The translations under genes were made by a program, and so were the position numbers. Under the pieces are notes generated by a model. The model ran no database searches, was not told the origin of the DNA, and saw only the letters and a program-made list of their open reading frames with translations. A stretch of DNA of 64,000 nt from Candidatus Woesearchaeota archaeon (GTDB lineage: Archaea; Nanobdellota; Nanobdellia; Woesearchaeales; JACJVV01): contig JBLKOM010000005.1 in assembly GCA_047602755.1 (NCBI GenBank), forward strand, positions 78,936 to 142,935, read 5' to 3'. Shown here in pieces: positions 55,306-64,000 of this stretch (positions are counted from its first letter, which is position 1; each line of letters begins with the position of its first letter).

Positions 55306-55907
55306 GGTTCTAAATTAATTACAGTACTTTTTTGAGCAATAACCATTTCTTCATCTTTTAACGTTGCAATAATCTCATAAGCACCAGGAGTTACACCACC
55401 ACAGCCAGTTGTACAATATGGAGCGGTTCCTGTCATCTTGACTTCGTTTCTTCCAAGTTTTAATTTATAGATTTGAAATAATTTTATATATTCATAATTT
55501 ATAGGTCTTATTCCGTTAATATTTAGAGATAATTCTTTATTCTCAATATTGCTATTAAAAATTAAGGTAAATTTAATGTCTTCTCTTGATGAATATACTT
55601 CTTTATCTGATTTAAATTCAATTATTTCTATTTGATTATCCAAATTAATTGATGATTTATCTTGGTCTACAATTCTTATACCTTTTGGATTATTATCTAA
55701 TAGATTTTGGTTAATACCGTCAGCAGTATTATCTTTAATATTGCTATTATAATTAAATAAGCTTAAAATAACAAGCAATAAAATGCATAGTCCTAATATG
55801 ATTGAGAATAATAGTGGAAAATTATCTTTTTTTAGTTTTTTATTTTTTATTTTTGTGTGACTATTAATTTTAAAATGTTTGTTTCTTTTATTTAATTTTT
55901 GTGCCAT
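55302..55907 (-). CDS. Secreted or membrane-anchored hypothetical protein
   Basis: N-terminal Lys-rich tail plus TM, and a C-terminal CTTGCGG segment. Confidence 0.4.
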   Translation of the reverse strand: MAQKLNKRNKHFKINSHTKIKNKKLKKDNFPLLFSIILGLCILLLVILSLFNYNSNIKDNTADGINQNLLDNNPKGIRIVDQDKSSINLDNQIEIIEFKSDKEVYSSREDIKFTLIFNSNIENKELSLNINGIRPINYEYIKLFQIYKLKLGRNEVKMTGTAPYCTTGCGGVTPGAYEIIATLKDEEMVIAQKSTVINLEP

Positions 55908-55969
55908 TTTTATTTTTATTTCTTTGATTTATTTTTTGTTATGTTATGAATTATATTATTTAATATTTA

Positions 55970-56959
55970 TTAATTCTTTTTGCAATATTGATATGCATAA
56001 AAAGAAGCTGTAACAGCCTGCGAAACACCAATTATTGCTTGCTTCCAATCAACATCAGTTACATCTCCAGCAGCAAAGAATCCCTTAATATTTGTTTGAG
56101 ATTTTTTATCAATAATAATTTCTTTTTTCTTATTAATTTTTACACCCAATTCTTTTGCTAATTCGCTTCTAGGGATATGGCCAATATATACAAATACGCC
56201 TTCAACATTAAGTTGTTTGTTTTTCTTATATGGCTTCTTCAATAAAATGTTATTCACAGTTTTATTTCCTTTTATTTCTACAATTTCATTATTATTTATT
56301 ACTTCTATTTTTCTTTTTTTTACTAATTCATCAAGTATTTTTTGATTGTGATGTTCTGGATGGAGTTCAGATTCATTATTAACAATAAAAACTTTTTTTG
56401 CATATTCTGTTACTAGAATTGCTTCTTTAACAGCGCTATCTCCTCCACCTGCTAGTGCTACAATTTTACCTTTGATATATGCTGCATCACATAAAGCACA
56501 ATAATTAACACCTCTACCCATAAATTCTTTTTCACCAGGAATGTTTAGATGTTTTACCTTGCTTCCTGTTGCATAAATGATTGTTTTAGAACTAAAAGTT
56601 AAACTTCCTACTAAAACCTTAAAGCCTTTTTTTGTTTTTGTTATTTTGTTGACAATATCAATAAGAAAATCAACATCATAATCCATAGCATGATTCTCCA
56701 TCAATTCAGTTAGTTTTTGTCCAGGAATAGATATAAAACCAGGATAGTTTTCAACTCTTCCTGTTTCTACAAGAGTTCCACCTGGTACTTCACCTATAAT
56801 TAAAACTTTTAACCCCAGTCGTGCAGCATACATTGCTGAAGAATAGCCTGATACACCTGTCCCTATAACAATAGTGTCATAAAACTTATTTACATCAGGT
56901 TCATGTTTAAAATTATTTCTTGGAGAAAAGATTATATCATTTGTAATATTATTTTTCAT
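55970..56959 (-). CDS. trxB: Thioredoxin-disulfide reductase
   Basis: FAD-binding GTGVSGYSSA, redox-active CALCDA (CxxC) and NADPH-binding GGGDSAVKEA. Confidence 0.85.
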   Translation of the reverse strand: MKNNITNDIIFSPRNNFKHEPDVNKFYDTIVIGTGVSGYSSAMYAARLGLKVLIIGEVPGGTLVETGRVENYPGFISIPGQKLTELMENHAMDYDVDFLIDIVNKITKTKKGFKVLVGSLTFSSKTIIYATGSKVKHLNIPGEKEFMGRGVNYCALCDAAYIKGKIVALAGGGDSAVKEAILVTEYAKKVFIVNNESELHPEHHNQKILDELVKKRKIEVINNNEIVEIKGNKTVNNILLKKPYKKNKQLNVEGVFVYIGHIPRSELAKELGVKINKKKEIIIDKKSQTNIKGFFAAGDVTDVDWKQAIIGVSQAVTASFYAYQYCKKN

Positions 56960-57023
56960 TTTAGTGTTTTAGTTTTTTCTTGTATATTAATAATTTCTTA
57001 TACATTAACAATATTAAATATTT

Positions 57024-58394
57024 TTATCTTAATAGATGTGGTGCAAAAAGTAAAATTAATCCTATAATAAACATTACTACACCACCAATTAACTTACAAT
57101 ATTTTGCATACTTTTGTGTTAAACCGCTTCCTAACGCAAATGCAGCCATACCAAAAATAATTATATGATCAAGCATATAGAAAAATACATACAATAATAT
57201 ATACATATAATGTTGGAATGTTGTCAAACCACTTAATGCTAATATTTGTGTGAAAACAGCAGGAATAGCAGCAGAGCATACAAATTCAATTGCATTAACA
57301 ACAAATGCTAAAACAATAATTGAACCTATAACTCCTAATGTAATAGGTTGTGAGATTATTTTTTGTATTTTATCCATAGTTTTTTCATGGCTCTCATCAT
57401 CACCAACCTTGCATGTTAAATCACCTTTAGTAGTCATCCATTCTTTTACATGTAGAATTCCAACTCCTAAAGCAAACATTCCAATAATTATAGTTAATAA
57501 TTTAACATACCCTATGAATAAAAATAAATTTAGCCATGCTGTCATAAATAAGAAATATGAAATTGCTGATGCAAGAACAAAACTTCCTACAACTAACCAA
57601 ATCTTTTTCTTGCTTTTTTCTCCCATTAATAATGTTATTAAGAAAATTAGAACCCATAATGCACATGGATTAAAACCATCAACAAGTCCAAGGATAATAG
57701 CAAGTACTGGTAAAGACCATGCAAGTAAATCAACTCTACCTAAAAAAGGTAATTCAAATTCACGATATCCATCTTCAACATTATGCATTGTATCTGTTTG
57801 ATATTGTTCACCTAAACATTCATCTTCACATACATCAATTGCTGATAGTAAATTCTCTTTTGATTGAAGACCAACAAGCGGTCTTCCACCAACGATAGTT
57901 GTAGGGACTGATAAACGTGAACTATCAAGTCCAAGTTCATTATAAATTTTCAAAAAATATGCTGAACCTTCTTGAGTAGAAGCATCATATTCAATAAATT
58001 GAACATTAGGTCGTAATTCTTTAACTTCATCAAGAATTGGTCTTTGTTGATTACAATATGGGCAAGTAGGTGTATAAAAATAATAAACTACTGGTAAATC
58101 TGGATCAAAATCTTGAGTTGATGCATCATCTGTATACATATAAGCAAAAACACCTAATAAAAGTATGAAAATAACAAGCGAAACATTAAATGGTGATGAG
58201 AAAAAAGAAGTTATTGCACTAACAAACTTATTACGTTTTTTAGAGCTATTATCAGTAGTATTACTATTTGATGAATTATCTGAATTATTTTTATCTAAAC
58301 TTGATTTACTTTTCTTTTTGTTTTTTTTAGCCATTTTCGTGTTTTTATTTAATCTGTAACGCTTCTTTAAGCTTTGCGATATTATATCCAACAA
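57024..58394 (-). CDS. Thioredoxin-like domain fused to a CcdA/DsbD-type transmembrane thiol-disulfide transporter
   Basis: Periplasmic Trx-fold with CPYC, followed by the CcdA core (FNPCALWVL... and a second conserved Cys in FVCSAAIP). The true start is probably the second Met (MAKKNKKK). Confidence 0.7.
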   Translation of the reverse strand: MLDIISQSLKKRYRLNKNTKMAKKNKKKSKSSLDKNNSDNSSNSNTTDNSSKKRNKFVSAITSFFSSPFNVSLVIFILLLGVFAYMYTDDASTQDFDPDLPVVYYFYTPTCPYCNQQRPILDEVKELRPNVQFIEYDASTQEGSAYFLKIYNELGLDSSRLSVPTTIVGGRPLVGLQSKENLLSAIDVCEDECLGEQYQTDTMHNVEDGYREFELPFLGRVDLLAWSLPVLAIILGLVDGFNPCALWVLIFLITLLMGEKSKKKIWLVVGSFVLASAISYFLFMTAWLNLFLFIGYVKLLTIIIGMFALGVGILHVKEWMTTKGDLTCKVGDDESHEKTMDKIQKIISQPITLGVIGSIIVLAFVVNAIEFVCSAAIPAVFTQILALSGLTTFQHYMYILLYVFFYMLDHIIIFGMAAFALGSGLTQKYAKYCKLIGGVVMFIIGLILLFAPHLLR

Positions 58395-58596
58395 TTATCG
58401 TACCATTTGCATCTACAACAGGAACATTTGATTGTTCACTTTTCTTTTCCATCTCAGCTGCTTTCTTTTTATCTTTACTTATATCAATCTCAGTGAATTT
58501 AATATTATTTCTTTCTAAATACTTTTTTACAATTATACAAAAAGGACAAGCCGGAGCTGTATATAAAATCACTTTCATTTTGACTACCTTAGTCAC
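58345..58596 (-). CDS. Glutaredoxin/NrdH-like small redoxin
   Basis: ILYTAPACPFC...TEIDI...VPVVDANGTIIVGYN is a Grx-fold signature. Confidence 0.75.
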   Translation of the reverse strand: MTKVVKMKVILYTAPACPFCIIVKKYLERNNIKFTEIDISKDKKKAAEMEKKSEQSNVPVVDANGTIIVGYNIAKLKEALQIK

Positions 58597-58722
58597 CAGA
58601 CTGTGGGACTCTTTAAGTATTTTTCGATGTAATATAACATTTTAATTTTTTAATGTATTACTTAAATATGAAAACAATTAATTTTGCATAAGATTTAAAA
58701 ATAGACTAGTTTTAGTTAATTT

Positions 58723-59337
58723 ATGAAAAATATAAAAAAAATATTTTACTTTGGAGAAAAAGTTAGAGGTTATGATGTACCTGTGCTAAATGAACGTGAA
58801 GCAAGAGCAGGAGCAGGTATTATGTTTTTATTTGCGTCAATTGCTTTTTTTAATGCATTATTGTTAGCAAATTTTTACTATATAAAATTAGTTGTTATTG
58901 CATTTCTTATTGATTTTTTCATAAGAGTAATGGTTAATCCTAAATATGCACCAAGTTTAATAATAGGTCGTTTGATTGTTTCTAATCAAAAACCTGAATA
59001 TACTGGTGCACCACAAAAAAGATTTGCTTGGAGTATTGGTTTAGTTTTAGCAACAATAATGTTTTATTTTATTGTACTTCAAAATTTACGAGGACCAATT
59101 AATTTAGCAATTTGTTTGTTGTGTTTAACATTATTATTTTTTGAAACTGCATTTGGAATTTGTATTGGCTGTAAAATGTATAATTTTTTTACCAAAAAAA
59201 GTGCAAAACATTGTCCAGGGGGTGTATGTGAATTAAATGTTAAGGAACCTATTCAGAAAACAAATTTTATTCAAATAATAGTTGCTTTAGTAGTAATTGG
59301 ATTACTTATTGCAATACATTATTTTAGAATTTTATAG
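58723..59337 (+). CDS. Polytopic membrane protein with a conserved Cys pair (CIGC...HCPGGVC)
   Basis: 4-5 TM. Lies next to the redoxin cluster. Confidence 0.4.
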   Translation: MKNIKKIFYFGEKVRGYDVPVLNEREARAGAGIMFLFASIAFFNALLLANFYYIKLVVIAFLIDFFIRVMVNPKYAPSLIIGRLIVSNQKPEYTGAPQKRFAWSIGLVLATIMFYFIVLQNLRGPINLAICLLCLTLLFFETAFGICIGCKMYNFFTKKSAKHCPGGVCELNVKEPIQKTNFIQIIVALVVIGLLIAIHYFRIL

Positions 59338-59407
59338 TTTTTCTTATTTTTTATACTAATGATAATGCTGAAATTTGAACTTGTATTAAGAAGAAAAAAT
59401 TAGAGTT

Positions 59408-59905
59408 TTGGATTTCGAGAATCATCTTTTCGTTAAGTTTTTAAAGGTAATAATTTATAATAATATTGTGATGGAATCGTCAAAAATAAAACATATATTT
59501 AATACAATCTTTTTTGCTTTCTTTTCAATTCTTTTAATTTTTAATGTAATAAGATTTTTATTGAAAGATCCTAATGCAATTAAATATTTTTCTTTTAATT
59601 TAGTAATTATATTTCCTGCAATAATTTTTGTTTGCCTTACTATTTTACATATTATTTCATTTTACAAAAAGGATGTAAATTTTTATTTATTCAGTAAAGA
59701 ATATAAAATTAATCTTATATTAAGTATATTGTTCCTGATAATATCACTAATAACTATTTTATTATTTAATTATGGAAAGTATATCCCTAACGAATATGCT
59801 CCCCTCGAAATGTTGTTTTTGGGTCCAATTATTTTAGGATTTATTCTATTAATAGTTTCTATAATTTATTTCTTTAAAGGTTTTTTTGATAGTAATAGCA
59901 CTTAA
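59408..59905 (+). CDS. Polytopic membrane protein, hypothetical
   Basis: 165 aa, 4 TM. Confidence 0.35.
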   Translation: MDFENHLFVKFLKVIIYNNIVMESSKIKHIFNTIFFAFFSILLIFNVIRFLLKDPNAIKYFSFNLVIIFPAIIFVCLTILHIISFYKKDVNFYLFSKEYKINLILSILFLIISLITILLFNYGKYIPNEYAPLEMLFLGPIILGFILLIVSIIYFFKGFFDSNST

Positions 59906-59975
59906 TTATTAATTTTTTTGTTAAAAACCTAAAACAAAATATAATTAATATTAATTAAATAAAAAATAAATAAAT

Positions 59976-60794
59976 CTAAGCTTTAACAGAAGCTTTTTGT
60001 GTTCCTTTCTGTACACTTGCTTGTTCAATAATTACATTATACTTTTGTTCATCGCGAATTACTGATTGTACCAATCTTGTATAATCTTTTGTAGCTTGAC
60101 TATTAGGAGCATACTTGAAAATACTTTCTCCTTTACTAGGTGCTTCTTTTAATTTTGAACAAGTATGAATTGGATCTGCAACAATTTCATAATAATCATT
60201 TGTAATTTTGCTCAATATTTCTTTACATACTTTTAGGCGTTTATCATACATTGTTGGTACTATTTTTGTAATTTGACAATCATGATCAAAAACACTATTT
60301 AAACTATCAATTGCAAGTATTATCTTTTTTAATGCTTTGAATCCTAAAATGTCAGTGCTTGTTGGGATTATTGCTTCGTTTGCAGCAAGTAAAGCATTTT
60401 GATTTAATAATCCTAAACTAGGACTACAATCAATCAAGATATAATCATATCCAACAATTTCTTTTAGCTTATTTCTAAATATTAATTCTCTATTTTGCTC
60501 ACCAACCAATAAAAATTCTGCTTTGGTTAATGTTTCTTTACTTGTCATTAAATCTAAATTTTCACCTAAATGAATTAAACATTCTCTATAATCACAAGTA
60601 TTTATTAAGAAATCATAAACATCTTTTACACTTTGTGATCTCAATGCTACTCCAACATTACCTTGTGCATCTAAATCTATAACCAAAACTTTCTTACCTT
60701 TTCTGCTAAGTCCAGCGGCAAGAGAAATTGTTGTAGTTGTCTTTGCGACACCACCTTTTTGATTTATAATCGCTATTGTTCTCATCCACTTCAT
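59976..60794 (-). CDS. parA: ParA/Soj/MinD-family partition ATPase
   Basis: Deviant Walker A KGGVAKTTT, and VLVIDLDAQGN. Confidence 0.85.
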   Translation of the reverse strand: MKWMRTIAIINQKGGVAKTTTTISLAAGLSRKGKKVLVIDLDAQGNVGVALRSQSVKDVYDFLINTCDYRECLIHLGENLDLMTSKETLTKAEFLLVGEQNRELIFRNKLKEIVGYDYILIDCSPSLGLLNQNALLAANEAIIPTSTDILGFKALKKIILAIDSLNSVFDHDCQITKIVPTMYDKRLKVCKEILSKITNDYYEIVADPIHTCSKLKEAPSKGESIFKYAPNSQATKDYTRLVQSVIRDEQKYNVIIEQASVQKGTQKASVKA

Positions 60795-60980
60795 CCTCCT
60801 TTCTATAATATAAATAGACTATAAGTATAGAGAATTGTATACTGATATATAAATATTACGCTTATTTGAAATATAAACTTTAAAAAATATTTTTCATATA
60901 TATTATATGCTCAATATATTTTAGTAGTTAAGAATCTAAAAAGAATTAGTTGTGTTATTTGGGGAATGAGGAGGTGGAAA

Positions 60981-61103
60981 ATGCAAAAATTAGTTGAAAA
61001 AACCAGCTTTCTTGGACACAAGAGAATTGTTGTATTTGAAGAAGACTATGATAGCGGAGATTATTCATACATTGATGGAGAGTGGATCTGGGGAAGAAAA
61101 TGA
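60981..61103 (+). CDS. Candidate 40-aa small ORF with a strong SD, divergent from parA
   Basis: AGGAGGTGG followed 4 nt later by ATG, encoding MQKLVEKTSFLGHKRIVVFEEDYDSGDYSYIDGEWIWGRK. Locally GC-enriched. Confidence 0.25.
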   Translation: MQKLVEKTSFLGHKRIVVFEEDYDSGDYSYIDGEWIWGRK

Positions 61104-61200
61104 AAATACATAATAAATAGTTTAATCAATTTTTAGTAGTTTTACCATTATTTAATATTTGTTTACTATATATTTTCTATGTTTATTTGATCTATTTTTA

Positions 61201-61854
61201 TTATTTAATTAAATAGGAAACATCATCTCTGAATTGACTGGTATTTAGATTTCTTAATAATGGTAATTCATGAGCTATGCAAGTAAACACATCTTGTGTT
61301 ACTTGATCAAGATTACGATTAGTTGTATCAATAATATACCATCCTTCATTTTTTGCTGTTGACATAAAATATTCACGTGTCTTTCTTCGAAAAAAAGTAT
61401 CAGTTAAGATTCTTTCATCATGAGGTTCATTAATTCCTTGATTACGTTCATTTATTCTTCTAAATTGTTCTTCTTCGCTTACTGTTAATAAAATTGTAGC
61501 AACAGGTTTTTTTAGATCATAATTTTCTGCATTTTTTATTGCTTGATTGACTGATTTGCCAAAGAGTAAGCTATTAGATATTATTGTGCTATGCATATAT
61601 CGACCAAGTAGATAAATGTCTTCAGGTGATAACTCACTTAATGTAAATTCATTGCCTTTCATGAAATAATTAAAACGTGAGTCAAAAGTATTATTCGGTT
61701 TTGGAAATTCAGCAATATATCTTTTAGAGGGTGTTTCTAGGTATTTAATTCCTAATTTTTCAATATTTTTTCCTACACTAGTCTTTCCTGAGCCATCTAT
61801 TCCCTCGAGTACAAAAAAATCAATACTTTCTTCGCTATTAATTTGTTGAATCAT
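61201..61854 (-). CDS. Thymidylate-kinase-like P-loop (d)NMP kinase
   Basis: P-loop FFVLEGIDGSGKTS is Tmk-type. It has a Tmk-like lid/DRY-like region but is otherwise divergent. Confidence 0.6.
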   Translation of the reverse strand: MIQQINSEESIDFFVLEGIDGSGKTSVGKNIEKLGIKYLETPSKRYIAEFPKPNNTFDSRFNYFMKGNEFTLSELSPEDIYLLGRYMHSTIISNSLLFGKSVNQAIKNAENYDLKKPVATILLTVSEEEQFRRINERNQGINEPHDERILTDTFFRRKTREYFMSTAKNEGWYIIDTTNRNLDQVTQDVFTCIAHELPLLRNLNTSQFRDDVSYLIK

Positions 61855-62425
61855 TTTTTACCCCATTATTAAAAAAAGAATTTTTCTCCATATATAATGA
61901 AGTTATACTTGTATCTATTCTATCATTTTCATCTATACCTAAATCATCCATCAATGAATGAATTAAATCTTTATTTTTCTGGAATTCACCACTGTCTATT
62001 ATTTCAACCTCAATACATAAAGGAAAATTTTCAAACTTTTCAATGTTAATACACATTTTTTCATTTTTATATGTCTCTCGTTTCTTTTTTACCGTACAAA
62101 ATACTTTGAATCCTAAAATATCCAGTATTTTTTGCATTGATTTCACATCTTTGAATTCAGTCTCGGATTCATCAAAAATTTGATGATCAGATTCATTTAC
62201 AATTGTCTTTATAGTTAATTCAGGGTATTTATTATCTTGAAGTCTTATCCTTAGACCATAAGAACCAACTTTATTCATTTTAGTATCTGCATAACTTTGT
62301 ATTGATTTTTTGCAATACCAAATATCTTCAATTGATGTTTCACTAATTTTTTTAATTCCTTTTAATTCTAATTGTTTTCTTAATAATTCTTCATTCTTAA
62401 TATAAGATCTTATTTCGATTTCCAT
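61838..62425 (-). CDS. CYTH-domain protein (CyaB/thiamine-triphosphatase-like triphosphate tunnel enzyme)
   Basis: N-terminal EIEIR...K and later E-x-E-x-E acidic patterns on alternating beta-strands. About 195 aa. Confidence 0.55.
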   Translation of the reverse strand: MEIEIRSYIKNEELLRKQLELKGIKKISETSIEDIWYCKKSIQSYADTKMNKVGSYGLRIRLQDNKYPELTIKTIVNESDHQIFDESETEFKDVKSMQKILDILGFKVFCTVKKKRETYKNEKMCINIEKFENFPLCIEVEIIDSGEFQKNKDLIHSLMDDLGIDENDRIDTSITSLYMEKNSFFNNGVKNDSTN

Positions 62426-62437
62426 TTTATTTCCTCA

Positions 62438-63973
62438 TTATTTCTTTAAGCCTATTGGTTGATGCATTTTACTTTGATCGCGATAAATTGTTATACCTTT
62501 TAGTCCTAGTTTCATTGCTTCAACATATATTGATTTAACATCTTCTGGTGATGCATATTGATTGATATTTACTGTTTTTGAGATAGCTTCATCTGTGAAT
62601 TTTTGGAATGCAGACACTATTGCAAGTTGCCTATCAGCTGAGATATCTAATTGAGATAAATAAATATTCCGAATTTCTTCAGGTATTAAAATTGGATCAC
62701 CTTGGTCTTTTAATTCTAATATTTTTTCAATTGCAGGTTTAACATAACCATATTCTTCTAATTGGTTGTATAACACTTCTCTCATGTTTGTTGATAATTT
62801 ATCTGAAAAATATGGTTCAATAGATGGACTTGCATCAATAACAAGTGAGCTTCTTCCAGTGGGAGGTAAAGCAGTAGTACTTACATGTCTTATTCCAGTC
62901 TTAGCTATTGTTTCTTCTAGCTCAATCCAATCTCTTACAGTCACCATTGCAGTAGAATATTTCCCAAATCTATCTGCAATATATCCTTTCCCAATTTTAG
63001 TTTCAGTATCATAAAAGGCAGGGAATGGTCCACGTTCTTTTGATAGTTCTATTGAAGCTTCTTTAGAGGTATAATTTACAAAACTCATTAGTTCTTCGGC
63101 AATTATTTCTGCATCAAATGAATCATAAGGAATTTTTAATTTTGCTAACATATCAGCAAATCCGCAAATCCCTAATCCTATTTTTCTTTTTTTATTCATT
63201 ATATCTACACTTGTGTCATTACCATAATTTGATATGCTTATATCTAATGCATCATCAAGAAATCTTACAACATCATGTATTGCTCGTCTTAATTCAGAAT
63301 ATGAAATTCTATTTTTATCTACAAATGCACCTACATTAAGATATGTAAATTGACATGTTTCACCTTCAGTCATTGCTATTTCACCGCAAGGAGCTAATGA
63401 AACATATTTTCCAAGGTGTGGTGCAGGATTATCTGTTTCAAACCGATCTAAAAAAGCAAGACCTGGATCTCCACATTCCCATGCAGAATTAACTATCTTT
63501 TCAAGTAATTCATTTGGATCAACAAAACTTCCATCTGATAATGTATAAACACTATTATTAAATAAAACTTTTACAAATTCATTTGGAACATTTACTGAAA
63601 TGTTAAAAATCCATTCTTTGTCTTTTGATTTTGTTTTACTTTCTATAAATTCAAATATCTTTGGATGATTTAAAGATATTATACCCATATTTCCTACAGG
63701 CCTATCTTGTTTGCCACTGTATTGCCCTTTAATTGCTACTTCATTTAGATAATTAAGCATCTCTACAGGATTATCACATTCATCAAAATTAAAACCAGTT
63801 CCCATCCCATTGATATGGTATTGATCTACAATTGCTTTAATTTTATTTAAATCATCACGAAGACTTATTGGAGGAACTGAACAAGCAGCTAATGGTTTAT
63901 CTTTATACCTACCTGCATTTGTCAGAAGGGTTGTGCTAGGGACAAATTGTTTACCATATAATCTTTTTGTCAT
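62438..63973 (-). CDS. nrdJ: Second class II ribonucleotide reductase paralogue lacking the ATP cone and C-terminal zinc finger
   Basis: FVPSTTLLTNAG, LAACSV, APCGEI and GETCQF(TYLNV) motifs, plus TTALPPTGRSS. 511 aa. Confidence 0.85.
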   Translation of the reverse strand: MTKRLYGKQFVPSTTLLTNAGRYKDKPLAACSVPPISLRDDLNKIKAIVDQYHINGMGTGFNFDECDNPVEMLNYLNEVAIKGQYSGKQDRPVGNMGIISLNHPKIFEFIESKTKSKDKEWIFNISVNVPNEFVKVLFNNSVYTLSDGSFVDPNELLEKIVNSAWECGDPGLAFLDRFETDNPAPHLGKYVSLAPCGEIAMTEGETCQFTYLNVGAFVDKNRISYSELRRAIHDVVRFLDDALDISISNYGNDTSVDIMNKKRKIGLGICGFADMLAKLKIPYDSFDAEIIAEELMSFVNYTSKEASIELSKERGPFPAFYDTETKIGKGYIADRFGKYSTAMVTVRDWIELEETIAKTGIRHVSTTALPPTGRSSLVIDASPSIEPYFSDKLSTNMREVLYNQLEEYGYVKPAIEKILELKDQGDPILIPEEIRNIYLSQLDISADRQLAIVSAFQKFTDEAISKTVNINQYASPEDVKSIYVEAMKLGLKGITIYRDQSKMHQPIGLKK

Positions 63974-64000
63974 TCGTTCTTTAAAATCAATTATCTCTTT

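Noticed and set aside
58345-58394. 50-nt overlap between the glutaredoxin ORF and the Trx-CcdA ORF
   Set aside because: It most likely arises from over-extended ORF calls. Internal Met codons (MAKKNKKK for the CcdA fusion) remove the overlap, so it is not treated as a real feature.
58597-58625. CCAGACTGTGGG hairpin in the grx 5' region, resembling the CCCACAG...CTGTGGG hairpin at 15521
   Set aside because: It shares only a short CACAG/CTGTG core. That is too short to claim a repeat family.
934-63339. Numerous short antisense or overlapping ORFs in the six-frame track. They are at 934-1176, 1766-2161, 3243-3437, 3521-3763, 6558-6758, 7044-7241, 8983-9270, 11511-11876, 13877-14089, 14615-14869, 17316-17576, 17835-18029, 18774-18998, 24908-25096, 26438-26656, 29100-29387, 29580-29924, 30978-31217, 33202-33384, 33459-33692, 33983-34174, 37615-37854, 39382-39630, 46053-46262, 46336-46587, 46839-47030, 47499-47834, 47755-47976, 52821-53204, 53519-53833, 53966-54166, 54163-54441, 56980-57168, 57250-57801, 58165-58359, 62766-63014 and 63118-63339.
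   Set aside because: Each lies inside or antisense to a longer ORF with a recognisable family or coherent membrane-protein composition. Their products are low-complexity (K/F/I/L-rich, as expected from AT-rich antisense). Several derive from poly-A/T tracts.

Overview
This is a 64 kb, very AT-rich window (roughly 28-30% GC by eye) that is densely packed with genes. Archaeal hallmarks include a Bud32/KEOPS kinase, a family-B DNA polymerase homologue, a Dpo4/DinB-like Y-family polymerase and two class II (adenosylcobalamin) ribonucleotide reductases. There are also many bacterial-type metabolic and transport genes and clear Shine-Dalgarno (GGAGGT) sites. By inference the source is a small-genome, probably DPANN-like, archaeon. 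No rRNA, tRNA or CRISPR array was recognised.

Recognisable content:
- Lower glycolysis: a partial enolase, a cofactor-independent phosphoglycerate mutase and phosphoglycerate kinase.
- A B12 module: a PduO-type adenosyltransferase, NrdJ and a separately encoded RNR zinc-finger ORF, preceded by two NrdR-box-like palindromes.
- A Zur-type zinc regulon: znuABC, a COG0523 GTPase and a Fur-family regulator, with near-perfect Fur boxes.
- A DtxR-family regulator with an iron-box-like operator, next to an uncharacterised operon encoding a membrane protein, a PLP enzyme, a SAM methyltransferase and an alpha/beta hydrolase.
- A thiol-redox and oxidative-folding set: TrxB, a Trx-CcdA fusion, a glutaredoxin, a VKOR-like protein and DoxX.
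- A P-type ATPase, two ABC-2 exporters, RdgB, a ParA and several Cys-rich secreted or surface proteins.

The least explained signals are:
1. An ~87-nt non-coding element present in two ~85% identical copies, each with two hairpins and a 24-nt invariant core.
2. A GC-rich, hairpin-dense ~280-nt non-coding island downstream of copy 2.
3. A family-B polymerase homologue with degenerate catalytic motifs.
4. A second, cone-less NrdJ paralogue next to CYTH and Tmk-like genes and a ParA.
5. An Ogt active-site domain with no canonical start codon.

One caveat on coordinates: features I located by counting bases myself (all regulatory sites and repeats, the enolase fragment, and the two small ORFs at 44777 and 60981) could be off by 1 nt.
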